From positions 1 through 38,269 of the forward strand of contig CAZARE010000145.1 of assembly GCA_964487455.1 (NCBI GenBank): a stretch of 38,269 nucleotides of DNA, in the 5' to 3' direction. Positions within the stretch are counted from its first letter, which is position 1. Each line of letters begins with the position of its first letter. The position numbers and the translations under genes are program-made. The notes under the pieces are model-generated. The model ran no database searches. It was given only the letters and a program-made list of their open reading frames with translations, and was not told the DNA's origin. Origin of the DNA: an uncultured Propylenella sp. GTDB taxonomy: Bacteria > Pseudomonadota > Alphaproteobacteria > Rhizobiales > Afifellaceae. Shown here piece after piece: positions 29,998 through 38,269 of the stretch.

Positions 29998-30100
29998 GAA
30001 CTGGCTCCCGGGGGAAGCGCGGCCGGCCTAGGCCTCGCGCGTTATAGCTGCGGCCTCCGCTGGCGCACAAGGAAGGCCGGCGGAGGTGCGCTGCACGGGG

Positions 30101-30568
30101 TTACAGCACCTCGAATAACGTCAAGTGCACGGCGTCGCGCTCGCGCCGGCCGGTCCCCACGGCGACCATCCGGTTGAGCCAAAGATAGCGCGGATCGCCC
30201 GTCTCGAAGCGCGGCTGCGTGCGCATGTAGTATCTCGACGGATCGACCGGCTCGCCGCGCGCCAGCGCCTCCAGCACTTCGGGCGGTCCGTGCCGCACCC
30301 CGATATTGATGACGTCGATCAGCGCGCCGTCGTCGAGCTCGATCGGGTAGCGCGTCTCCAGGAAGGCCGAGCCGTCGGCGTAGACGACTTGCCAATCGGA
30401 GCCGCCTGCCAGCACGCGCCCGCTGAGACGCTCGCCGGAAACCGTTCCGCCGGTGATTCGGATGATGCGCCTGCGCCCGCGCGGGGCTTGGCCGAGCTCA
30501 AGCGGCGGATCAAGCGTGATGGCAAGGTCGCATAGGTGACGAAGCTCTGGGGCGGCGTGTGAAGTCAT
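30101..30568 (-). CDS. DUF3237 (UPF0311) family protein
   Basis: 155 aa. Contains GRRRIIRITGGTVSGERLSGRVLAGGSDWQVVYADGSAFLETRYPIELDDGALI, typical of DUF3237. It begins 27 nt after the stop of the upstream GGDEF-EAL gene. Confidence 0.7.
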   Translation of the reverse strand: MTSHAAPELRHLCDLAITLDPPLELGQAPRGRRRIIRITGGTVSGERLSGRVLAGGSDWQVVYADGSAFLETRYPIELDDGALIDVINIGVRHGPPEVLEALARGEPVDPSRYYMRTQPRFETGDPRYLWLNRMVAVGTGRRERDAVHLTLFEVL

Positions 30569-30595
30569 TGCGCGCCGATTGTCCGGGTCCGGGAA

Positions 30596-32569
30596 TCACC
30601 CGTCAAGCGCTTGCCGCAATCCGTGCAGGGCAGGTGTCGGCGCGGTTTCAGCCGCGCGGAAGTCGCGCAGGATCGTCGCCGGTAGGCTCTCCAGCGGCAT
30701 TGGCCGCCCCAGATGGAACCCTTGCAGCAGGTCGATGCCGATGCGGCTCAAGAACGTCGACTGCGTCGCGGTCTCCACGCCCTCCGCGATGATCGTCATG
30801 CCGAGGGCGCGACCAAGCGCCACGATGGCCTGGATGACAGAGGGGAGATGATCGTCGCTCCCCAACCCGCGTACAAAGGACTGGTCGATCTTCAGTGTGT
30901 CGAACGGGAACTTCCATAGATAGTTGAGGCTCGAATAGCCGGTGCCGAAATCGTCCATGGCGATCTTGACACCGAGCGCCTTTAGCTCTTTGAGCTGCCG
31001 CATCACAGCTTCGGTGTGCGATAGGAGCAGGCCTTCGGTGATCTCCAAGGTCAGCCGCTCCGCTGCCAGGCCGGTGGAGTCGAGAGCCGCCCTGACGGTC
31101 TGCAACAGATGGCCGTCAGCAAACTGCACCGGCGAGAGGTTCACCGAAATGGTAAGTTCGCGAGGCCAGGCTGCTGCGGTGGCGCAGGCTTGGTCAATAA
31201 CCCATTTGCCGATCGGGACGATCAGGCCGAGCCGCTCGGCCAGCGGCACGAACGCCGCAGGCGAGACGTGCCCCCCTTCTGGCCGGGGCAGGCGCAGCAG
31301 CGCCTCGAACCCAAAGAGCCGCGCGTCCGAGGCTCTAAGGATTGGCTGGAAATGGAGCTCGAAACCCTCATCGTCCACGGCAGCGCGCAGGAGCGCTTCG
31401 AGCGCGCGTCGTTCCTGTAGCTCCGCGTCCATTTCCGTCCGAAACAGAGCGCGAGAGCCGCGTCCCTCGCTCTTCGCGTGGGCAAGAGCGATCCCCGCGC
31501 TCTTCAGCAAAGCGGCGGCATCACCTCCGTGTGCGGGGGCTATCGCGCTGCCGACGCTGACGGTCGCTTCGAGGTCGCGGTCCGCCAAGTGGAAGGTCTC
31601 GCCGAGAAGGCTCAGTATCTGCCGCGCGGTACGTGTGACCTGGCGCGGGCTTTCTACGATCTGAGCGAGCGCGAACTCGTCGCCGCCAATCCGCGCGACA
31701 AGGTCCGTTCTCTCGCTCATGCTGACGAGACGACGCGCGACCTGCCGGAGAACTTCGTCGCCGGCGGCCTGGCCTCCTGTGTCGTTGATGTCCTTGAACC
31801 TGTCGACGTCAATGCAATGGACCGCCACGGAACAGTCCAGCGCTACCGCTTCATTCAAGTCGCGCATGAAGCGGCTGCGGTTCAGGATCTCAGTAAGCGG
31901 ATCGTGATGGGAGAGGAACTCGGCGCGCGAGTCGGCTTGACGCTTCTGCCGCGTGCGCCAGTAGAAGCCTAGCGCCGGCAATCCGAATGCGACGCCGATG
32001 ATTGGCGCGAGCGCGATGGCGACGCCTATAATCCGGGCGTTGAATGCGGCACGCTTCTCGGATTGGTCGACATAGGTCTCGACGATCCCGATGATCTCGC
32101 CATCGACGACGACCGGCACATAGGCTTCCGCGTAGAAGGCCGGACGATCGGGGGACGCACCTTCCTTTGCTTCGACCTGCGTCTTTCCTTCCAGCACCAC
32201 TTGCGCCGCGCCGGGATTGTGGACCGGAATCGACTGGGCTGCCTGGCCGGTCGCTTCGAGCTCGTTGGAGACGAGCCTCAGGTCGCCGTTGGCGTCGAAG
32301 ATCTTGTAGAGGAAGACGTCGCCCACTTTCTGCGCCTTCTCGAAGAAGGCGAGACTTTCCGTCGACGGGGCGTCGCCGGCGGCGATGCGGTCAAGGTCCG
32401 TGACGTTTGCTGCCAGGTAGCGTGCCCAGGCCTCGCCCGTGGCTTCGGCATCCTGTTGCAGGAGCTGGTTGACGGCGCGAGATGTCACGAACACCGCCGC
32501 CCACACCGCGGCAATGAGGAATACCATCAGGCCGGATGCGAGAAGGATGTCGCGTGGCGTGGTGCGCAT
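30596..32569 (-). CDS. Membrane-anchored GGDEF-EAL protein (canonical GGDEF and EAL motifs)
   Basis: 657 aa with the TM-periplasmic-TM layout. Motifs are DPLTEILNR, ARIGGDEF, GFEALLRL, LEITEG, MDDFGTGYSSL, KIDQSF, AEGVET and QGFHLG. Confidence 0.85.
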   Translation of the reverse strand: MRTTPRDILLASGLMVFLIAAVWAAVFVTSRAVNQLLQQDAEATGEAWARYLAANVTDLDRIAAGDAPSTESLAFFEKAQKVGDVFLYKIFDANGDLRLVSNELEATGQAAQSIPVHNPGAAQVVLEGKTQVEAKEGASPDRPAFYAEAYVPVVVDGEIIGIVETYVDQSEKRAAFNARIIGVAIALAPIIGVAFGLPALGFYWRTRQKRQADSRAEFLSHHDPLTEILNRSRFMRDLNEAVALDCSVAVHCIDVDRFKDINDTGGQAAGDEVLRQVARRLVSMSERTDLVARIGGDEFALAQIVESPRQVTRTARQILSLLGETFHLADRDLEATVSVGSAIAPAHGGDAAALLKSAGIALAHAKSEGRGSRALFRTEMDAELQERRALEALLRAAVDDEGFELHFQPILRASDARLFGFEALLRLPRPEGGHVSPAAFVPLAERLGLIVPIGKWVIDQACATAAAWPRELTISVNLSPVQFADGHLLQTVRAALDSTGLAAERLTLEITEGLLLSHTEAVMRQLKELKALGVKIAMDDFGTGYSSLNYLWKFPFDTLKIDQSFVRGLGSDDHLPSVIQAIVALGRALGMTIIAEGVETATQSTFLSRIGIDLLQGFHLGRPMPLESLPATILRDFRAAETAPTPALHGLRQALDG

Positions 32570-32666
32570 GGATCGGCTGCCAAAGCAAACTGACGCCAGC
32601 TAAGAGGGGAAATGGAAGAATCAGCTTAAGCCGGCGGTTGCAATGCTCTCGTGGTGAACGGACGGT

Positions 32667-33446
32667 TTACGGCAATCGCGGCGCGTCGCTTGTCGTATCC
32701 ACGTGGTCGGACGCGCTTGCCGAGATCACCTGGAGGGCTTGGCGCGCGTCGATCCGGCCGTCGTAAAGCGCTCGTCCGATGATTGCACCTGCCAGCTTTG
32801 CGGCATCTGGCTCGGTCAGCCGTTCTATGTCGGCCATCGAGGCGACGCCGCCAGACGCGATGACCGGGATCGACACCGCTTCGGCCAGCGCGATCGTCGC
32901 CTCCCAATTGACGCCGGCGAGCACGCCGTCGCGGTCGATGTCGGTGTAGACGATTGCCGCCACACCGGCATCCTCGAACTGCTTCGCAAGCTCGAGCGCC
33001 AGCATGTCTGAGGTCTCCGCCCATCCCTCCACCGCGACCTTGCCGCCGCGTGCGTCGATGCCGACGGCTATGCGCCCGGGATGGTCGCGCGCCGCCTCGC
33101 GAACCAGGTCGGGGTCGCGCAGCGCCGCCGTGCCGAGGATCACCCGGCTGACGCCTTTCTCCAGCCAGTCGTCGATGCACTCCCGGTCGCGGATGCCGCC
33201 GCCGAGCTGCATCTTCATGTCGTTGGCGACGTTCCACAGGATGGCGTCGACCGCCTCACCATTGCTCGACTTGCCGGCTACCGCGCCGTCCAGATCGACG
33301 ACGTGCAGCCAGGTGAACCCCATCCCGCGGAACTTGCGCGCCTGGCGGGCGGGGTTGTCGCTGTAGACGGTGGCGTCGTCCATCTCGCCCTTTCTGAGGC
33401 GGACGCACTTGCCGTCCTTCAGGTCGATGGCGGGGAAGAGGATCAT
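32667..33446 (-). CDS. hisA: ProFAR isomerase HisA
   Basis: 259 aa. Starts [17 protein letters not shown]. Also contains [40 protein letters not shown] and [11 protein letters not shown]. It has a C-terminal tail of about 15 aa. Confidence 0.9.
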   Translation of the reverse strand: MILFPAIDLKDGKCVRLRKGEMDDATVYSDNPARQARKFRGMGFTWLHVVDLDGAVAGKSSNGEAVDAILWNVANDMKMQLGGGIRDRECIDDWLEKGVSRVILGTAALRDPDLVREAARDHPGRIAVGIDARGGKVAVEGWAETSDMLALELAKQFEDAGVAAIVYTDIDRDGVLAGVNWEATIALAEAVSIPVIASGGVASMADIERLTEPDAAKLAGAIIGRALYDGRIDARQALQVISASASDHVDTTSDAPRLP

Positions 33447-33467
33447 GGAATCCCGCCCTCCGCGATT

Positions 33468-33609
33468 GTCATTCCGGAAGGCGCGAAGCGCCTATCCGGG
33501 ACCCATGACCGCTGACGGTCAAAGTGAAGTCCCTAAATAGCGGCGTGCTGTCATGCGCCCTCCGGTGGTCATGGGTCCCGGTCTTGGCCTGCGGCCAAAC
33601 CGGGATGAC
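33468..33609. repeat. Nested palindromic REP/MITE-like element in the hisH-hisA spacer
   Basis: The two 43-nt arms are 33468-33510 (gtcattccggaaggcgcgaagcgcctatccgggacccatgacc) and 33567-33609 (ggtcatgggtcccggtcttggcctgcggccaaaccgggatgac). They are inverted copies. The inner 15 nt match perfectly and the outer 10 nt match 9 of 10. Each arm has its own internal hairpin (ggcgc/gcgcc and ttggcc/ggccaa). Confidence 0.6.
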
Positions 33610-33628
33610 AAACGCAACGGGATTCACG

Positions 33629-34273
33629 CTACGGCCTCCATCTCAGAAAGTTCGCGATCAGCGCCAGCCCGAGCGCCTGGCTCTTCTCGGGGTGGAACTG
33701 CGTTCCCGCGTAATTGTCGCGCGCCACGATCGCCGTCACCGGCCCGCCATAGTCGGCGGAGGCGACGAGATCGCCGGCGTCGCGCGTCTTCAGATGGAAG
33801 GAGTGCACGAAATAAGCGTCGAGCCCGTCCTCGCCCGTGGGGATGCCGGCGAGAAGCGGCTGCTTGCGCATGACGTTCAGCGTGTTCCAACCCATGTGCG
33901 GCACCTTGAGTTTCGGATCGTCGGGTTCGATCTCCGCTACGTCTCCGGCGATCCAGCCGAGCCCGGCCGTGGTCTCCTTTTCCACACCCCGATCGGCCAT
34001 CAGCTGGCAACCGACGCAAATGCCGAGGAAGGGCTTGCAGCGCTTCATAACCTGCTCGTTAAGCGTCTCCACCATGTCGGGAACCGCGTCGAGCCCGCGC
34101 CGGCAATCGGCGAAGGCGCCAACGCCCGGCAGCACAATGCGGTCCGCCGCCGCAACCTTGTCGGCTTCGGCGGTCACGATCACCGTGTCCCCGGTCTCGC
34201 GCGCCGCCCGCTCGAACGCCTTGGCGGCAGAGTGCAAGTTGCCCGAGCCGTAGTCGATGATGGCGACGCTCAC
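33629..34273 (-). CDS. hisH: Imidazole glycerol phosphate synthase glutamine amidotransferase subunit HisH
   Basis: The GTG at 34273 gives (M)[20 protein letters not shown]. Also contains [24 protein letters not shown] and GTQFHPEKS. The start lies 10 nt after the DUF2628 stop. The longer ORF-track version overlaps that gene. Confidence 0.9.
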   Translation of the reverse strand: MSVAIIDYGSGNLHSAAKAFERAARETGDTVIVTAEADKVAAADRIVLPGVGAFADCRRGLDAVPDMVETLNEQVMKRCKPFLGICVGCQLMADRGVEKETTAGLGWIAGDVAEIEPDDPKLKVPHMGWNTLNVMRKQPLLAGIPTGEDGLDAYFVHSFHLKTRDAGDLVASADYGGPVTAIVARDNYAGTQFHPEKSQALGLALIANFLRWRP

Positions 34274-34283
34274 CGTTCGCCGC

Positions 34284-34757
34284 TCAACGCTCCGGCTCAG
34301 GGAAGAGGCCGAGGACGCGCTCCTCGTTCTCCCTCGCGCCCGGACCGCCGGCAAGTCCGGTGCGCTGCGCGGGTTCCTCGCTGCGATACGTGGAGACGTC
34401 GGCCCGGCGGTGGAAGAAGCGGATCTCGGCCTCACTCAGGTTGGAGCCGAAGCTCTCGCCGATTTCGCGCCAGCCGAGCTGCTCCAGCGACAGGCGCCGG
34501 ATCGTGTTGCCCTCCAGGGCAAGGATGAAGCTACCGGTGAGCGCCAGGATCATCGCATGCGCGTCACCGGCCAGGCGGCCGGTCCAGGCGACCAGCAGAA
34601 CGAAGATGACGTAGCCGATCAGCGTCAGCCACATCCGGTGCCACAGGATCCAGAGAATTGGGACGAAGAGGGCGGGCCAGGAGAAGCCGTCCTTGACGAA
34701 GGCGAACCGCTCGGGTCGAGGCTCGCCCGGCGGCGCATGGACCGTATAGGCTCTCAT
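34284..34757 (-). CDS. DUF2628 membrane protein
   Basis: 157 aa. Contains [39 protein letters not shown], typical of DUF2628. It sits between hisB and hisH. Confidence 0.7.
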   Translation of the reverse strand: MRAYTVHAPPGEPRPERFAFVKDGFSWPALFVPILWILWHRMWLTLIGYVIFVLLVAWTGRLAGDAHAMILALTGSFILALEGNTIRRLSLEQLGWREIGESFGSNLSEAEIRFFHRRADVSTYRSEEPAQRTGLAGGPGARENEERVLGLFPEPER

Positions 34758-34764
34758 CCCTTCC

Positions 34765-35358
34765 CTAGCCGCTCAGCGTTCCCTTGGTCGACGGAATGGA
34801 TTTGGCGTTTCTCGCGTCGATCGCCACGGCTGCGCGCAAGACCCGCGCCAGCCCCTTGAAGCAGCTCTCCGCGATGTGATGATTGTTGCGGCCATAAAGG
34901 TTCTCGATGTGCAGCGTGACACCGGCATTCTGGGCGAGCGCCTGAAAGAACTCCCGCACCAGCTCGGTGTCGAAATCGCCGATCTTACCGCGCGAGAACT
35001 TGACCCGCCAGACGAGATACGGCCGTCCGGAGACGTCGACGGCACAGCGTGTCAGCGCCTCGTCCATGGGGAGAGCTACGTCTGCGTAGCGGGCGATTCC
35101 CGTCATGTCGCCGAGCGCCTTCTTGAGCGCCTGCCCGAGGGCGATGCCGACATCCTCGGCCGTGTGATGCTGGTCGATGTGAAGGTCGCCGGCCGCCTTG
35201 ATCTTCAGGTCGATCAGGCCGTGCCGCGCTACTTGCTCCAGCATGTGGTCGAGGAACCCGATGCCGGTGGCGACGTCGGCCTTCCCCGTGCCGTCGAGAT
35301 CGACGGTGACGGCGATGTCGGTTTCCTTGGTCTTGCGCTTGATCTCGGCCTTGCGCAT
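34765..35358 (-). CDS. hisB: Imidazoleglycerol-phosphate dehydratase
   Basis: 197 aa. Contains [43 protein letters not shown] and [17 protein letters not shown]. Confidence 0.95.
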   Translation of the reverse strand: MRKAEIKRKTKETDIAVTVDLDGTGKADVATGIGFLDHMLEQVARHGLIDLKIKAAGDLHIDQHHTAEDVGIALGQALKKALGDMTGIARYADVALPMDEALTRCAVDVSGRPYLVWRVKFSRGKIGDFDTELVREFFQALAQNAGVTLHIENLYGRNNHHIAESCFKGLARVLRAAVAIDARNAKSIPSTKGTLSG

Positions 35359-35419
35359 GGGCGTCTTCCTTTCGCCGGCGGCTTGTAACAGCCGGGACCT
35401 GGGAATGCTATGCGCGCCT

Positions 35420-35447
35420 TTGCAGACACGGCCGGCGCACCTAAATA
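35420..35447 (+). promoter_or_regulatory. Candidate promoter for hslV (sigma70-like, or a degenerate RpoH type)
   Basis: TTGCAG (35420-35425), a 16 nt spacer, then TAAATA (35442-35447). It can also be read as TTTG-N17-CCTAAAT, which has two mismatches to the alphaproteobacterial RpoH consensus CTTG-N17-CYTATNT. Confidence 0.35.
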
Positions 35448-35521
35448 GTGCTAGGGATGATCAGGGGTGGGGCCGGCGCCTCGAGGGAGGGCCGGCTTTA
35501 TCTGCTGGAGGAGTGAGAAAC

Positions 35522-36085
35522 TTGAGCGACCAGTCTGCGCAGGTGCCCTGGCACGCCACGACGATCGTCACCGTGCGCAAGGGCGGCAAGGTGGTGATCG
35601 CGGGCGATGGACAAGTCACGTTCGGCAACCAGACCATCATGAAGCACAATGCCCGCAAGGTGCGGCACTTGTCGAAGGGCGACGTGATTGCGGGCTTCGC
35701 GGGCGCGACCGCCGACGCCTTCACGCTCCTGGAGCGGCTCGAAGCGAAGCTTGAGCAATATCCCAGCCAGCTGATGCGCGCCTGCGTGGAGCTTGCCAAG
35801 GATTGGCGCACCGATCGCTATCTGCGCCGGCTCGAAGCCATGATGATCGTGGCCGACAAGTCGACCACGTTGGTGTTGACCGGCACAGGCGACGTGCTGG
35901 AGCCGGAGAACGGATTCGCGGCCATCGGCTCGGGGGGAAACTATGCGCTTGCCGCGGCGAAGGCGCTTGCTGACACCGACCTGGATGCCGAGGCGATCGC
36001 CCGCCGCGCCATGGAGATCGCCAGCGAGATATGCGTCTATACCAATTCCAACGTGGTCGTGGAATCGCTCGACGCCGCGGCGTGA
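35522..36085 (+). CDS. hslV: ATP-dependent protease subunit HslV
   Basis: The TTG at 35522, about 7 nt after GGAGGAG, gives (M)[46 protein letters not shown]. Also contains [12 protein letters not shown] and [11 protein letters not shown]. The ORF-track 5' extension overlaps hisB on the other strand. Confidence 0.9.
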   Translation: MSDQSAQVPWHATTIVTVRKGGKVVIAGDGQVTFGNQTIMKHNARKVRHLSKGDVIAGFAGATADAFTLLERLEAKLEQYPSQLMRACVELAKDWRTDRYLRRLEAMMIVADKSTTLVLTGTGDVLEPENGFAAIGSGGNYALAAAKALADTDLDAEAIARRAMEIASEICVYTNSNVVVESLDAAA

Positions 36086-36103
36086 CTGAGGTGGATCGCC
36101 GCC

Positions 36104-36613
36104 ATGCACACTGACGCGCTTCCTGCCGAACGCCTTTATCGGTTTCGCGAAATCGCGGAAGCGGACTTGCCGTTGCTTGGTCGCTGGCTGGCCGAGCCCC
36201 ATTTCAGGGAATGGTGGGGCGATCCGGGGGAGGGTCTCGCCGAGATTCGCGAGGGCATGGCGAGCCGATCGACCCGGCCGATGGTCGTGGACCTGGAGGG
36301 CGAGCCGATCGCCTACTTCCAGGAATACGATCCACACATGGAGGACGGCCATCCGTATCGGGACCAGCCCATGGGCACGCTGGGACTGGATCTGTCGATC
36401 GGCCTGTTCGAGAACATCGGCTTGGGACACGGCTCGGCGCTGCTGCGCCAGCGCGCCGCGCATCTGCTGGGCTCTGGTGTGCCGCGGCTCGTCATTGACC
36501 CGGACCCGAGGAATGCCCGTGCCATCCGGGCCTACGAGAAAGCCGGCTTCGTCGCCTTCGACCGGCGAGTGACTATTTACGGGCCGGCGCTGATGATGGC
36601 GCGAGACGCGTGA
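36104..36613 (+). CDS. GNAT acetyltransferase of the AAC(6')-Ib / Acetyltransf_8-like type
   Basis: 169 aa. Contains [54 protein letters not shown] and [20 protein letters not shown]. From memory the pattern parallels AAC(6')-Ib (WWG, GEPIGYAQ, DPSPSNLRAIRCYEKAGF). Confidence 0.8.
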   Translation: MHTDALPAERLYRFREIAEADLPLLGRWLAEPHFREWWGDPGEGLAEIREGMASRSTRPMVVDLEGEPIAYFQEYDPHMEDGHPYRDQPMGTLGLDLSIGLFENIGLGHGSALLRQRAAHLLGSGVPRLVIDPDPRNARAIRAYEKAGFVAFDRRVTIYGPALMMARDA

Positions 36614-36624
36614 AAGAGAGAGAA

Positions 36625-37989
36625 ATGAACCAGAACTTCGCAGCCAGGCTCGATTCCGCCCCAAGGAGCGAGAGCCAGAAAGCCGCCTTCTCGCCGCGCG
36701 AGACCGTTTCGGAGCTCGACCGCTACATCATCGGCCAGAACGACGCTAAGCGCGCAGTGGCCATCGCGCTGAGGAATCGCTGGCGCCGGCAGCAGATCGA
36801 AGGTCCCATGCGCGAAGAGGTGCTGCCCAAGAACATCCTCATGATCGGGCCGACCGGCGTCGGCAAGACGGAAATCTCGCGCCGCCTGGCAAAGCTCGCC
36901 AATGCGCCGTTCATCAAGGTCGAAGCGACCAAGTTCACCGAGGTCGGATATGTCGGCCGCGATGTGGAGCAGATCATTCGTGATCTGGTGGAGGTCGGCA
37001 TCGGGCTCGTGCGCGACACCAAACGCCGCGAGGTGGAGGCGAAGGCGCATCTCCAGGCCGAAGAGCGCGTGCTAAACGCCCTCGTCGGCGAGCATGCCAG
37101 CCCGACGACTCGCGAGAGCTTCCGCAAGCGCTTGCGCGGCGGCGAGCTCGACGACAAGGAGATCGAGGTTCAGGTTCGCGATACGTCAAACCCGATGGGC
37201 GCATTCGACGTGCCCGGCATGCCCGGCGCGTCGATCGGCGTGATGAACGTCGGGGAAATGCTGGGCAAGGCGTTCGGCGGCGGCCGCACCAAGACGCGCA
37301 AGGTCACGGTGCGCGATTCCTACGATTTGCTCATCGAGGAGGAGGCCGACAATCTGCTCGACCAGGAACAGCTCGTGCAGGAGGCGGTCAGGTCGGTGGA
37401 GAACGACGGCATCGTTTTCCTGGACGAGATCGACAAGATCACGTCACGCAGCGACGTGCGCGGCGGTGACGTAAGCCGCGAGGGCGTGCAGCGCGATCTC
37501 CTGCCGCTGGTCGAAGGCACGACCGTGGCCACCAAGCACGGGCCGGTGAAGACGGACCACGTCCTGTTCATCGCCTCGGGCGCGTTCCACGTGTCGAAGC
37601 CTTCCGACCTCTTGCCGGAGCTGCAAGGCCGGCTGCCGATCCGCGTCGAGCTCCGCGCGCTGACGGAAGAGGATTTTCGCCGCATCCTCACCGAGACCGA
37701 GGCGAGCCTCATCATGCAGTACAAGGCGCTGATGGCGACGGCGGGCGTGACGCTGGACTTCACAGACGATTCGGTTGACGCCATCGCCCGCATCGCCGTG
37801 GAGATCAATTCCGCCATCGAGAACATCGGCGCCCGTCGGCTGCAGACGGTGATGGAGCGCATCCTCGACGACATCTCCTTCACCGCGCCGGACCGGGCCG
37901 GCGACTCAGTCACTGTGGATGCCGCCTACGTGGAGGAGCATATCGGCGATTTGGCGCGGAACGCCGACCTCAGCCGCTTCATCTTGTAG
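36625..37989 (+). CDS. hslU: ATP-dependent protease ATPase subunit HslU
   Basis: The ATG at 36625 gives [13 protein letters not shown], then [34 protein letters not shown]. The Walker A motif reads [17 protein letters not shown]. Also contains [11 protein letters not shown] and [30 protein letters not shown] at 36610 overlapping the GNAT stop is an alternative start. Confidence 0.9.
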   Translation: MNQNFAARLDSAPRSESQKAAFSPRETVSELDRYIIGQNDAKRAVAIALRNRWRRQQIEGPMREEVLPKNILMIGPTGVGKTEISRRLAKLANAPFIKVEATKFTEVGYVGRDVEQIIRDLVEVGIGLVRDTKRREVEAKAHLQAEERVLNALVGEHASPTTRESFRKRLRGGELDDKEIEVQVRDTSNPMGAFDVPGMPGASIGVMNVGEMLGKAFGGGRTKTRKVTVRDSYDLLIEEEADNLLDQEQLVQEAVRSVENDGIVFLDEIDKITSRSDVRGGDVSREGVQRDLLPLVEGTTVATKHGPVKTDHVLFIASGAFHVSKPSDLLPELQGRLPIRVELRALTEEDFRRILTETEASLIMQYKALMATAGVTLDFTDDSVDAIARIAVEINSAIENIGARRLQTVMERILDDISFTAPDRAGDSVTVDAAYVEEHIGDLARNADLSRFIL

Positions 37990-38077
37990 CGCCGCCCCGT
38001 GAAGGCCGGCGACTCTCGGGCGTTCCGGTTCCGCTCCGACCGGTGTAGAAAGGCGCGGTTCTCTGACTGGAGAGGCA

Positions 38078-38269
38078 ATGAATCCGGCCCGCTATCTGAT
38101 GGCGCCCTTTTGGATCGCGGCGTTGGCCACCGGCGCGAAATCGTTCCGCGACAACCCGGTCATCGGCTCCGAGACGCTGAATCGGCGCGGGCTCTACGTA
38201 CGCCGCGCAAAGCTCGCCCACGCCATGGCCTGGCGTCGGCGCGCACGGCTCGCGCGCATGATATCGGCG
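38078..38269 (+). CDS. Hypothetical protein, N-terminal fragment running off the window
   Basis: The ATG at 38078 is preceded by GGAGAGG (38069-38075). The frame is open to the window end and reads MNPARYLMAPFWIAALATGAKSFRDNPVIGSETLNRRGLYVRRAKLAHAMAWRRRARLARMIS. I do not recognise the family with any confidence. Confidence 0.35.
   Translation, partial: MNPARYLMAPFWIAALATGAKSFRDNPVIGSETLNRRGLYVRRAKLAHAMAWRRRARLARMISA

Noticed and set aside
29998-32666. I looked for direct repeats or target-site duplications flanking the GGDEF-EAL/DUF3237 insertion in the his operon.
   Set aside because: The only shared string is aag(g)ccggcgg (near 30075 and 32634). It is too short and GC-rich to distinguish from chance. 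There are no mobility genes and no compositional shift.
35383-35415. A CTTG...CTAT pair upstream of hslV, considered as an RpoH (sigma32) promoter.
   Set aside because: The spacing between CTTG and CTAT is 22 nt, against about 17 in the alphaproteobacterial consensus. The alternative TTGCAG/TAAATA pair at 35420-35447 fits better and is reported at low confidence.

Overview
High-GC alphaproteobacterial core chromosome, Hyphomicrobiales/Rhizobiales-like by gene content and synteny. It is almost entirely housekeeping genes. Order on the + strand: mutS (minus strand, 3' end cut by the window edge), sppA, ihfB, a LapA-like membrane protein, an ornithine cyclodeaminase-family gene and a lipoprotein. 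Next comes the conserved rimP-nusA-DUF448-infB-rbfA-truB-rpsO-pnp cluster. The following minus-strand block holds two overlapping GGDEF-EAL genes and fabI-fabB-fabA, which is divergent from irr. After that come an SH3-like protein, a 2-hydroxyacid dehydrogenase and an amidohydrolase-2 decarboxylase. A roughly 10 kb minus-strand run follows: hisB-DUF2628-hisH-hisA-[GGDEF-EAL + DUF3237]-hisF-hisE-coaA-pyrF-DUF1330-moeB-thermonuclease. The window ends with hslV-GNAT-hslU and a partial ORF. I found no tRNA, rRNA, CRISPR array, transposase, integrase, prophage or recognisable defence module, and I cannot support a claim that a novel multi-gene system is present. The features worth a second look are listed here. 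(1) An in-frame insertion of about 65 codons, built from G/C hairpin repeats, sits directly before the MutS Walker A motif. (2) A promoter followed by an intrinsic terminator lies in the rimP-nusA-infB leader, which suggests an attenuator. (3) Three paralogous membrane GGDEF-EAL proteins share one uncharacterised periplasmic domain; two form an overlapping tandem with complementary motif degeneration, and the third interrupts the his operon together with a DUF3237 gene. (4) A nested palindromic REP/MITE-like element sits in the hisH-hisA spacer. All family calls come from reading the translated ORFs and recalling motifs. No database search was run.
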